From Hormiphora californensis (Eukaryota > Animalia > Ctenophora), in the NCBI GenBank assembly GCA_020137815.1, contig CM035353.1, positions 558,001 to 622,000 on the forward strand: a DNA stretch of 64,000 nt, read 5' to 3'. Positions within the stretch are counted from its first letter, which is position 1, and each line of letters opens with the position of its first letter. Below are positions 37,995-64,000 of this stretch, one piece after another. The notes beneath the pieces were generated by a model that worked only from the letters and a program-made list of their open reading frames with translations, was not told where the DNA came from and did not search any database. Made by a program: the position numbers and the translations under genes.

Positions 37995-38329
37995 ATGGTT
38001 GATATACGAGAGACGGAGGACGGGATAACAGTCCGCAGATTCACAATCACTACTAATGGTGTAACGTGTGTGGCACGTCACAAGTCATCTGCTCAGAAAG
38101 TTACCTCTCTACTCAAGGTTAGATTTGTATAATCACTGTGCGGGCAAGCGCAAAGGTGCATGCCGTACCGTGTCCCCCGAGGACGTGCATGGGCCTTCCC
38201 GACCCAACTTCAACTACATAAATCATAAAACAAGTTGTGTATTATACGGGACTAATACGGTGTATTAAGTAATGCAATTGGTGAACTTTTACTAGCAAAC
38301 TGTTAAGTACATTTAATGTCTACCATCAC

Positions 38330-38374
<45 letters not shown>

Positions 38375-38391
38375 ACTCTCTCTCTCTTCAA

Positions 38392-38424
<33 letters not shown>

Positions 38425-38481
38425 CTCTCCTCTCTACCTCTCCTCCTCTCTCTCCTCTCTCTCTCTCTCTCTCATCTCCTC

Positions 38482-38524
<43 letters not shown>

Positions 38525-39273
38525 ACTTAAATTTTCTCTGCCAGGAAGCATTCTTGCCCCAAGGATATCCAGCGACGGTCAGTAAAGATTACATGGAATA
38601 CCAGATATGGGACACCCTCCAGGTATCTTTTTGAAAACTTTTAAATAAGAAACTACAGTCGGACCCCGATTTAGGGACACCCTCGGGGGAAAGGCTCTTG
38701 TCCACTAAATCGGGGTGTCCACTAAATCGGGGTCAAATAATGTTAATTTCCTATATCGGGGGGAAAAAATCCTGTCCCTAAATCGGGGTGCCACTAAATC
38801 GGGGGCCCTAAATCGGGGTCCGACTGTACAGAGTAGTAAGCAATCCCAAAATTAAGATACTTTCTCGTCTATAAATCAAAAGGTTTTCTCATTTGATCTC
38901 TAGTTGATCAATTCGGTCTAGTTGAGTCCATCGCAATATACCTACTAAAGATACTCATATTATTTACAGTTGTCTATATTACATACTATTATTTAAAAGA
39001 AAGCATGGCTATTTATGGCTGGTAACCAGTTCCACTGAGGCAAGTCTGGGATGTAGATATAAATGAAGCTATTTCAAGGGAAATTGGAAAAAATACAGGC
39101 CATTTACTGCAGTAGCATTATATACATTCTACATATTCAATATGATATATCTTACAGACAATAGTAGAGAAGTTGCATTGAATATGTGCAACCAAATAGA
39201 CAAAAGTACTACATACACTGGTATCATGGAACAACTGTCCTTCTCTCTCACAAACGTATATATACACTATCTT

Positions 39274-39311
<38 letters not shown>

Positions 39312-42300
39312 ATATTTGTTGTCAACATCAAAACACTTAAACACCTGTTGCGGGGGCCCCCACGTGCATTCATCGCTCCATTTTTATCTTTCCCTATATC
39401 ATCTAGTTTCCTCTCTCTCCTTTTTCCGTCTCTCATTCTCAGCTCATCAGTCAGGTTTCCCTTTCTATAAGTGGTTACAGGTGTTCCCTGCTTCCCATAC
39501 AAACTTAAGTTATGCATCCACTATCCCAATATATAATAACCCCATCCATACCAAGTTATCGCAGATATTAGATAGTTGATAGTGCAATTAGTAGTTCAAA
39601 TATATTCATTTATTAATTTAGTTTTAACCCTATATATAATTGTTTTCCAGGAGTTATGTTCTTCTCTGAATGGCACACTGGCCTCGCACGCAACCTTTAA
39701 GGGCATGGGTGTGGGTGACGCTTCTGCAACTGCTCTGGGAGCTACCTATACCTGGATTCTAAAAGGTTATTGATTTAATTGTTAATTATTAACTAAGAAT
39801 AATTGCCATTGTATATACAGACAACTTGCCTTGATCGACAGACCACCCTCTTTCACGGGGGGGGGGGATCCCATGGTATACTTTGGTATACTTTGGCACT
39901 TTCCACAACTTTTTCAGCGATTTTCCATATACCAAAGTATACCAAAGTATACCAAAGTATACCAAGGTATACCAAAGTATACCATAAAAATTTTGAAAAG
40001 GGTAAAATTTAAGCGATAAGTTAACATAAATGACTAAATTTGTAAAACTACATCCTTATTTCTTTATAAGTTGGTAATATAACGCTTATTAAACCGATTT
40101 TTACGTTTTTGTTACATCATCCGGCTAGTGCTTCTAGGCTTGCCACTCGGGTTCGATTCCCGGTGAAGGCAATTTTTGAAAAATTTTTGGAGACTTTACC
40201 AAATACTATTTGAACATTTTCTTGACTTTTTAAAAGCTTTTTTATCATACTCAAATGGGTCCCAATTTGTCAAACCCCAGTTTTCTGACTCACCATTTTA
40301 TAGGTAATATTTTCCCTCGATTCTATGAATTTAGCCTATTTAGCACCATTGTCCAATTTTATGAGTCAAGAAAGTTTATATAAAATGTTTTAAAGCCTTA
40401 ACTGTTGTAAATTAACACTTTAAAGTTATTAAAAAGATATGGTATACTTTGGTACTTTCCACATATTTTTTTGGGATTTTCCATATACCAAAGTATACCA
40501 AAGTATACCAAAGTATACCATGGGATCCCCCCCCCCCTCTTTCACCATCCCCCTCTCGCACATGTAAAGGAGGGTTAGAACATAACGACAACCAACTACG
40601 TTGATATGATATTTATTCAACATCGTCACTGTATCACACTCTGTCTACAGTCTACACACCCTTCCCTTCTAGATGGTTCAGGGATGGTAGCAAACATATT
40701 GTTCGCCTGGTCGCGAGGTACGCAGTTGGATATTGATGCGAAACGGTGGAGGTTGTTCGCAGATGTTGTTAATGATCTGGCTATGCTAATTGATCTCCTC
40801 TCGCCCCTGGCACCATCCCTCCTTTTTACACCCATAATGTGCTTCACTACCGTTTTGAGGGTACTATACTAACTATATTACATTGTATTAGTAGATCTAT
40901 TAATCGGTAATTTTAATTGTATTGTGATGATATATATATTCAATGAACCCTTAATTAACCCAAATATTCCACCAATTAATCCAATTACTACATTTCCAAT
41001 TAGAGCTTGGTTGGCGTCGCAGGAGGATGCACTCGTGCGACAATAAAACAACACCAAGCCATAGCAAACAACACTGCGGATGTAAGCGCCAAGGATGGAA
41101 GCCAGGTAATGGTTTATGTTAATTGGTTAATTAATTAGGAATATACTCTCTCTAGTTTTTTGTTCAAACGGGGCACGCGAATTGCAGTCTAGCTTGGCAA
41201 CTCTCTAGATATATGTATTATATTATCAATTAACAGATCCCTTACAGGAGCGGTTATCAAGTCTGATAGGATTGTTTCTCAGTATGTGTCTGATGGGCTT
41301 TGTAAATGATTCACCCTACCTGACATGGCCTATATTCCTTATTCTAACATGTCTTCATCTATATTGGTAAGCTTGTAACAGGGGGCGGTGTTTCCCCCTA
41401 TATCCCTCCATCCCCGGTCTGTCTCTCTCTCTGTCCCGTCTCTGTCTGTTCCGTCTCTATCTTTATTCAAACTTTTGACTGCAAAATCAAAATATATACA
41501 GACTAGCGCACCCATTGGGTGCGCCTCAAGTAAAGGTTTATTTGATAACCCAACCGGCTTCGCCGGGTGGTTCTTTTCGTCACTTTCAACGTGAAAAAAA
41601 CGGTTGCCATGGCAACTGAAGTGGTAACTATGGGGACTGGCATGTTAAAAGTCATTCGAAAATATTAAGAAACCTCCACTGGAACTTCAGAAAGTGTGAA
41701 TAACAGCTTTACAACTTTTGTCATATAAAGTGTTTTATGAAGGAGCAGTCTGTCGCTTAGATACCGCCTAACGAACGACCATCACTACGTCGTTCATCTC
41801 CAAATTATAATAGAGATTACTAACTGAGTCTCCTCTTCAGTAACTACAAGGCGTGTTCATGTTTGGTTATGTGTTCTCTTAACCCAGCCAGATATGCCAT
41901 CCTTTTGGACCACTGGAGAATCCATGGGACCGTATTGAGTCCAGAGGAGGTGAACAAACAAGAACAATTCATAACAGGTATATTTAGAAGTTTATATTAA
42001 AGAGATTGAACTTTATATTACAGTCGGACCCCGATTTACCGGGATGCTTGGGGGAAAGGTTTTGCCCGGTAAATCGGGGTGCCCGATATATCGGGGTCAA
42101 ATACCGTTACTTTCCTACATCGGGGGAAGTTTTTCCTCCCGGTAAATCGGGGTCCGACTGTGTATCGTTTATTAGACTCCCTAATCACAACTTGATTGAA
42201 ATATACTTTAAATTGTAGGTCGATCTTTGCCGGTAACGTTGGGAGCATCTCTTCTCAATTTTTCTGGGCCTCTCGACGTCAGCGACCGTGATTATGTGAT

Positions 42301-42781
42301 ATTCAACTCTAAAAAAGGTATACTCTGATCCTGATATAACATGTGGAGGACCGCGATCTGTCCAATTGTACCAGTCAGTAATCTTTAGTGGGATGCGCGC
42401 AATCGCCAAACGACTTTACTATAGGATGTCAGCAGTGTAAAAAGTTCGCGCACAACTACCGCTTTGATCCACATGTAGTACATGATGATTGATGTAGAAT
42501 GACGTCTCTCGTGTTACATGCTAGGACTGTTGTGTCCAACTTGTACTGTACGGTTCCTAAAAGATTCCTCATTTTCAGGAGTGAATGTTGCGTTGCGTGA
42601 TGGTGTGAATGACGATGTAATACTTGACAGCTACTACCACGCTTATCAAGAATTAAACCCCCTAGAGAAAGCTAAGGGACTGAGCTATAAGCAGTTTAAA
42701 ATGTGTCTAGAGGCTAAGGGTTGGGACCTTTCATTTGCACCATTAGGGGCGACCGGTATACGGTACAGGGTTGATAGTTAG
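37995..42781 (+). CDS. RUSF1: RUS family member 1 (RUS1/DUF647, C16orf58 homolog); exons 37995-38117, 38545-38622, 39651-39765, 40673-40860, 41004-41105, 41248-41366, 41841-41977, 42219-42317, 42579-42781
   Basis: Hallmark motifs FLPQGYPATVSKDYMEYQIWDTLQ, GMGVG, AKRWRLFADVVND, VAGGCTRA..QHQA..N.ADVSAKDGSQE; all introns GT-AG with consistent phases. Confidence 0.93.
38331..38521. repeat. (CT)n microsatellite
   Basis: Direct observation; lies just upstream of the RUSF1 exon 2 acceptor. Confidence 0.95.
38656..38826. mobile_element. Tc1/mariner-type MITE in RUSF1 intron 2
   Basis: TA-flanked; reverse complement of 6265-6435. Confidence 0.9.
39857..40536. mobile_element. MULE/foldback-like MITE with poly-G termini and (TATACCAAAG)n arrays, RUSF1 intron 3
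   Basis: G-run-ATCCCATGGTATACTTTGG TIRs; 9-bp TSD CTCTTTCAC (39848-39856 / 40537-40545). Confidence 0.85.
41503..41816 (-). mobile_element. Non-autonomous Helitron H1 in RUSF1 intron 6
   Basis: A|TC...hairpin...CTAG|T, 314 bp, same family as the 13.2-14.2 kb copies. Confidence 0.9.
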
Positions 42782-43287
42782 TGTGACAATTGGTATGAGT
42801 TATTTCGTGGTTTCTTTTTGATTTAAGATTTTAAAATACTGTATGGCGGCGCCATACCCCATTTGATTCGACAGTGCGCTCAGATGGGTCGCGGCGCCAG
42901 ACAGTTAAAATATGGAATTATATTACATATTAAGATTACAGTCCCTCAAATCTAATGTGTTTAATTTGGACAAAATACAATCGGACCCCGATTAACCGGA
43001 TGGATGCATATCTCCAAACAATATCTGTCACCTGCGGTAAATTTGAGGGCGTTCTGGTATAGAACTCACATGCACAAGAAATTTACACGTAACCAATAAC
43101 AAAATCCTGTGCTGACATGTGCACGGCTCTCTCAAGGGAACTCGAGTATTTGGCCGACAGGGCGGATACGAGAGTTCACCGGTTATGTTATTATGCCCTA
43201 ATATTTACTGCTAACTGCAGCGTAGAAAGTCCGAAATTATAAAGCACACCCCGGGATGACCCTGGTAAATGGGGTCCGACTGTGTAA

Positions 43288-43540
43288 GGGGAAACTCTAA
43301 CTGAATGCCCGCGCCGTAATGGCGTCCCATCACTGGTAAAACTCTAATTGAATGGAAGGAATGATGGAAGAACGCGTGACCATGCTCGTGTGTTTGTCAT
43401 CGCGCCCTACGTAAAAGCCTTTTTTTGGCAAAATTTGTGGCAAATCCTGACGCGCACAGAGTGATTACTCCCATTATCAGTTAGATTTTTACCAGTGATG
43501 GGACGCCATTACTGCGCAGGCATTCAGTTAGAGTTTCCCC
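43288..43540. mobile_element. PIF/Harbinger-like MITE
   Basis: TAA|GGGGAAACTCTAACTGAATGCC...GGCATTCAGTTAGAGTTTCCCC|TAA. Confidence 0.85.
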
Positions 43541-43784
43541 TAACATCATAGCAACATAGTTTGCAACAATTTGATTATTCAAAACCATAAATGTACATTA
43601 CAAACTACCCAATCAATATGTTTCATATAATCATAATGATAATATCATAAAAACATTCAATCAAAATAAACTCTTAATAGAGCTCTGTCGTATTTCTTTC
43701 CGTATTTCTCTCCGTCTCATTCACAGTTTATGATAAATGTAATCTCTTCCGTCAGTTCATTACTACAACATAATCTACATATTT

Positions 43785-58400
<14,616 letters not shown>

Positions 58401-58452
58401 CCTATGTTGGAAAATAATAAATCAAAAAAAAAGAGTAATAATAATAATCTCC

Positions 58453-58608
58453 AAGTCCATTCTTTTCAACTGTTCCCCCCCCCCCCCCCCCCCCCCCCCG
58501 CACGGATTTGTTTTACGTGCCCATCACATGTTAACGTGTGGTGTGCACGTCAAAAAATAAATATCACACGCCCACGAATTTGGTGTGAACAGTTGAAAAA
58601 AAGGACTT
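58453..58608. mobile_element. MITE (AAGTCC..TTTTCAACTGTTC TIRs) just upstream of PDIA5
   Basis: Inverted termini; related copy at ~34538-34687; another small inverted-end element at ~58625-58870. Confidence 0.7.
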
Positions 58609-59378
58609 AAAACGATTTAATTTTCAGGCATGTAGGGGAAGTTTTGAAAGTGGTGGGGCCAATTTTTTTGGGTCACGTGATATGACATACACTGACTTTT
58701 ATATTGAAATTTGTGAATATATCGGGCGAAGCGACAGCGGAGCCCGAGAAAATTTTTCGGTTTTAAGGCCAAAAAGTCATATTTTTAATCATGAAAAGTA
58801 CTGGGGCCATTTCCTGAAAAGTACTGGGGCCATGGCGTACCCTGTCCCCCTTCCCCTTTTTTACATGCGTGTTAATTTTGTTTATTGCTCTGAAACCCTT
58901 CACACGCCTTAGCATTAGCAATCATAACATGACTCCTTTAGCCTCCCATGTAGTCTTGGTAAACTAATGACCGTGGTGCAGGGTGCTCCCTCATTAATCA
59001 TTTTGGCCACACGGTACACGAACCCACCACCCCCTCAGTCCTCACCACCCCCTCAGTCCGCACCACCCATGCGTCGTTCCCAGCGTGGTTCACAGTGTTC
59101 AAAATGCGTAAAAAAGCATACATTGCTAGTTTTGGACGCATGGGCTGTGGCCAATATGACCAATATGAGCACCACAATCAGAACCCAGTTGGCATTTTGG
59201 GCAAAAAACAAAGTCGAAGTTGTATTTTTAACTTGTCCCGGTAGTGGAAGCTCTTACGGTATTTCCCACGCCCCGTGGGAAAGTTTTTGACCGTGGGAAA
59301 ATTTTCGAACCGTGGGAAAAGAGAGATACATACAATAACTTTTAAAAAATAATTATTTTTACGGCCCTGACCTTGAAC

Positions 59379-62093
59379 AGGTGGCAATGTTGGCGGTAAA
59401 CACTATCGGCGCCCTTGTTCTCCAAAAACCTGGAAAAAGGTCGACCCCCAAAGAGCACACCACCGCTCTTACTAGGAGACTTGAACTCTGGAAAAACGGA
59501 CAGTTCTTAGATCTATTGTCTGAGGCCAGAGCTATTCAAAAACAAATTCGATCAAGTACTCAGAGTAGCGAAAGCACTAGCAAAGGTTTTGCACGACTGA
59601 TGCTCGCTGGAAAGGTGAATAAGGCCATGCGACTTCTTTGCACATCACACTCCGCCCCGCTTGAAGTAACACCTGGCCTAATCAGGGACCTCGAGAAGAA
59701 ACATCCTCCAGATGCTCCTCTAAACAGAACCCATCTTGTGTCATCTCTACCTGCACCGGGTTTCGAGAGAGTAATCTTTGACAGTATCGACGGCCTCATG
59801 ATTAAGAAAGCTGCCAAATCCACCCGTGGCGGCTGTGGTCCTAGTGGGATGTCCTCCGAACTATGGTCACGCATGCTTAGCTCCAAAGCTTTTACCCAGG
59901 AAGGAGACAACCTAAGTTCTAGTCTAGCCCGATTAACTAGAAGACTCTGCACAGAGCTGGTGGATCCGTCACCATTATCACCGCTTCTGTCATGCAGGTT
60001 AATTGGACTGAGTAAGGATCAGGGAACTGGGGTTAGGCCCATCGGAATAGGGGAAGTTTTGCGGCGGATAATCGGTAGAGCGGTCACCCAACATCTTAGA
60101 CAAGATATTATCCAATCAGCAGGCCCGTTGCAGCTAGCAGCCGGCCAGGAGGGCGGATGTGAAGCTTCTGTACATGCTATGAACGATTATTTTTCGAGAG
60201 ACAATACCGAGGGTATTTTGTGTGCTGATGCTTCTAATGCATTCAATATATTAAACCGTAAAACTGCTTTAGTCAATATGCGTTATTTATGTCCTGTTTT
60301 TTCTGTTTTTTTGATTAATTGTTATCGCTCACATACCAAACTCTTCCTATACAATGGCGAATATATTATGTCGTGTGAAGGTACTACCCAAGGAGACAAC
60401 GCTGCTTCTCCTTTCTATTCCATCTCTCTGTACCCCCTGATGAACGATCTATCGGACTGTACGGACTTTCAATTGTTCTACGCTGATGATGGGGCTTCAG
60501 CTGGGAAACTCCATAACATCAAGAGGTGGTGGGAGAAACTCTGTGAGCGGGGTCCAGGATATGGGTACTACCCTAATGGGTCAAAGTCAATCCTCCTGGT
60601 GAAAGAGCAGTATGCCCGTAAAGCTAGAGATCTATTTGCGGGCACAGGAGTAGTTATCACCACAGAAGGAGTCAGGTATCTGGGATCACCTATCGGAACT
60701 GACGAATTTAAGAACAACTTCGTATCCGAAAAGGTGGAGGATTGGGTGAACCAAGTACGAACACTGTCCCAGATCGCTGCTACGGAACCACAGTGTGCTT
60801 ACAGTGGGTATACCTTCGGTCTGTCGAAGAAATGGCTTTTTCTGATGCGGACTACAGAGGGGATTGAAGAACAGTTTGCACCTCTTGAGAACATGATCAA
60901 GTCATCTTTCATTCCAGCCCTCATGGGTTCCAACACCCCTAGCCACCTGAGGTATATTGCTGCCCTACCTGCTCGAGACGGCGGGCTAGCTATCCCCATC
61001 CCAACTACACAGGCTAGTGCTGAATTTGCGAACTCTACACAGGCTACAGAACCCCTGAAACAGCTGATCCTTGAACAATCTCTTCTTATCAGCGAAAAAC
61101 GTGCTGATTCATGCCTTTGGGAAGCGAAGGGAGCGAAGGGCAATGTATTAAAACTTAAACGTACTATTCAAAATGCCGAAAAACAACAGGCATGTTCACT
61201 TCTGTCTGGTACTGACAGGCGTTTATTCGATGAAATATCATCGAGAGGAGCTTCAAGCTGGTTAACAGCTTTGCCTTTGAAGGAGCACGGTTTCGTCCTA
61301 AATAAACAACAATTCCGGGACGCCATTCTGCTGCGATACAACCTTCCCCTTGAAGATGTACCCGCTGCATGTGCTTGTGGCAAGGCAAACACTTTGGAGC
61401 ACTGTCTCTCGTGTGCCCTGGGAGGTTACGTGTATTTACGGCACAATAACATCCGAGACCTCACAGCTAACATCCTCGTGGAAGCCGGCTGCAAGGACGT
61501 TCGCATTGAGCCGCAGCTCCTACCCATAACTGGTGAAACATTCCAATACCGTTCTACTAACACTGCTAACAGTGCCCGTTTGGATGTTTCTGCCCGTAAT
61601 GTGTGGAGTGACTTGGACAAAGTTTACACTGACATCCGTGTATTCAACAGTCTTGCGCCAACCAACATCGGCAAGTCTCTCCAGGACACTATGAGGAGAC
61701 ACGAGAGGGAAAAGGTTTTGAATTACAACGACAGAGTCCTTCAGGTCGAGAAGGCAACTTTCACACCTCTAGTTTTCTCAACAACTGGGGTTATGGGCCC
61801 CCAAGCGGAGGTGTTCTACAAGAAGGTTGCTAAACTTCTATCAGACAAAACGGGACATACTTACAACGATGCCATCCGGTACATTCGTCTCCGTCTGTCT
61901 TTCTCGCTGCTGAAGACCATTCTCATCGCCATCAGGGGGTACAGGGGCAATAAATGGACACATTTTTGTAGCAAAACAAACGATTTTCACCTTATTATCT
62001 GATTTATTTATACTTAACTTATTACACCCGTAAGAGTAAATTTTATTTTTATATCTATTCATGTAAATAATATTGTACTGACATATTTTCTAT
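59379..62093 (+). mobile_element. CRE-clade non-LTR retrotransposon, probably 5'-truncated, intact 873-codon RT + zinc knuckle + restriction-like endonuclease ORF (59381-62002)
   Basis: GVRPIGIGEVLRR, DASNAFN, GTTQGD, YADD; CACG..H..SC; RHN; RLD..D.RV..K..Y; AT-rich 3' UTR; TTGAAC on both flanks (59373-59378, 62094-62099). Confidence 0.92.
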
Positions 62094-62753
62094 TTGAACC
62101 GGTACCCCGGCCTTCGCAAAAAAATTTTTACGGCCCCGGGAAAAAAATTCGACTTTTTTAACATAACATGGCATGTAAAATGTGAGTGAACGCGCCGCGC
62201 ACCATTCGCGTTGTACTTCCCGCAAAACAGCTCGATACTGCCATGTCACATGCGCGGGCGAAGGGCGGCCATTTTGACGGGTCACCTTGACATGTTCCTT
62301 GTCTGTCAGCTCTCACACCGGGCCGAAGGCCCGGTGCGAGCTTACGCGAGCCCGAAGGGCGAGCGTAAGCGATAGATAGACAGACTGCGTAGCATGGCAA
62401 GGGTCACCACTGTGACTCCTCAGAATTTTACCAGTACAACAAAATACAAATAAATTGTATTACACGATATTTAGCTTAAGGGCCATGCCTAAACTGCCAT
62501 AAAACTATTAATTAGAGTACAGAAATACATGGGTTAGTCTTACAAGTTATAATAAGTCTTTGAAACGGCTCTTCTCTGAGTGTCTCTATAGTAGTTCGTA
62601 TCTATCTCTCACAAATATTATATCTACTGGCGAAGGGTGTTGCGATAAGCTCTAAGATAAAATCCGAAATATATGACTTGATTGTCCCAACAGTTTCATA
62701 GTCGACAACTTCTAACGCACCAATCTTCCCAATTCAAAAGTATAATCCGTATT

Positions 62754-63834
62754 ATAGGACACAATCTGTCTCTCTATCTCTCCCTCATTTGATAATGAAG
62801 AGTCCCTTTTATAATGTCGTTTCGTGTTGTTAACTCGTTCGATGTTGGGCTTGAAAATGTTCGTCCTCTCTCTTTTCATCTCTCATCCAGGCTGTCTGTT
62901 GTGGTTGTTCCTACGAAAATTAAAACTCAGGGGATTGATTAGATTATAGAGCGTCGGGTTAGGGTTGTATGGCACCGGTATTTGATGGATTAATGAAAGA
63001 AATGTAAAATTACCTTTTTTGGTTCCCCTTTTTTTGTTTTTGTTGTTTTCCCAGGATTCTCTCCCTGTCGGGGAAAAAAGTTTTAGAACTTATGTAAATA
63101 ACACTTGACGATTATTATATCAAGATTATCAAGATTTCCAATAACTAGTTCAACATGGTCGGACCCCCAGCCTGCTTGGGGGAAATGGGTAATAACATGT
63201 TATTTGAGTACGCGGTGACATAGGGTTAAAGACTGACACCGGGGGACGTCTATCCGTCTAGGAAATGGACATCGGGGTCCAACAGTTGATAGTTGTACGG
63301 AAGAAAAGCATGTTTTTGTGCAGTAAGAATCTCCGTGACTGAGTGAAAATCGACAAATCGTACCTAACCCGATAAAAGACTCAGGGATTTGTTCAGACTG
63401 TCCCACGATAAAAAGAGAGAGTAAGAACAGCTGTTCAAGTAAACATAAACATTAAAATACATGATTTTAAAATAAATAATAGGTAAGGGGTCAACTCCTT
63501 TTCGTCGGTCGAGTGACAGGGTGTGATGAGTCGCGCGCGGAGTGGTACACTTTTCACACGGTTGAGCCACGCGCGCACTCGTGGGGTCTACCAAAAAGGG
63601 TCTACCGCAACCGAGGAGGGAGGGTGAAGGGCCGATCTGCGATGCAGTGGGGTACTGAGTCTGACTTTCACACCTTGTCCATCATAATCAATAATGGAAT
63701 GAAAGCGTCCATCTACTTTCGAAAGTAGATCACAGTTGATGCAACACAATGAGCCAAATAAATAAAAGATGTATGTAAACTTCAGACGAGATTCACCTTG
63801 CAACTGCGTAGCTTTTTTCTCGTTCTGCGACGCT
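62754..63834 (-). CDS. Possible terminal exons of an unidentified gene entering from the right (candidates ~63777-63834, 63013-63065, 62754-62910)
   Basis: Short Lys-rich segments bounded by AG/GT consensus sites; no homology recognised. Confidence 0.3.
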
Positions 63835-64000
63835 AAGTAATTAGTTAATGGTTAAAGTAACTGTAACAGGATAACCGATAAGGTAATACACACTAACCAT
63901 ATTAATTGCTATATAAGGTTATGATCTAATAAATGGCCTATGGAAAATTCTAAAAAAGCTGGTAATAAATTAATGAATAACGAGGTAGAAAAATAAAAAG

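Overview
Eukaryotic, intron-containing, transposon-dense genomic DNA, most likely from a ctenophore of the Pleurobrachia/Hormiphora group. This rests on a match, recalled from memory, to the ctenophore spliced leader (SL) and on lineage-typical repeats and protein domains. Supported host genes: KATNAL2 (minus strand, 3' part buried in indel-rich sequence), an intronless PAN/apple-type membrane protein, a two-exon secreted Cys-rich pacifastin/VWC-like protein, RUSF1 (RUS1/DUF647), PDIA5 (12 exons, HDEL), and an antisense gene nested in PDIA5 intron 4 encoding four copies of an uncharacterised ~130-aa domain. The rest is nested non-autonomous DNA transposons (Tc1/mariner, hAT, Kolobok, Academ, EnSpm, MULE/foldback, Harbinger, Helitron types, assigned from termini and TSDs) and non-LTR retroelements (L2/CR1-like LINE, an ORF1-only LINE derivative, CRE-clade elements). 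Top observation: the L2/CR1-like LINE at 50338-55851 starts exactly with a full-length SL-like sequence, lies in sense in a host intron, and has an AUG-less ORF2 overlapping ORF1 at an A_AAA_AAC slippery site. This suggests a promoterless, trans-splicing-dependent retrotransposon. Five of six host genes also have a splice acceptor within 10 nt of their ATG. Segments 1-11.6 kb and 23.4-25.9 kb look like low-accuracy consensus, so frameshifts there are unreliable.
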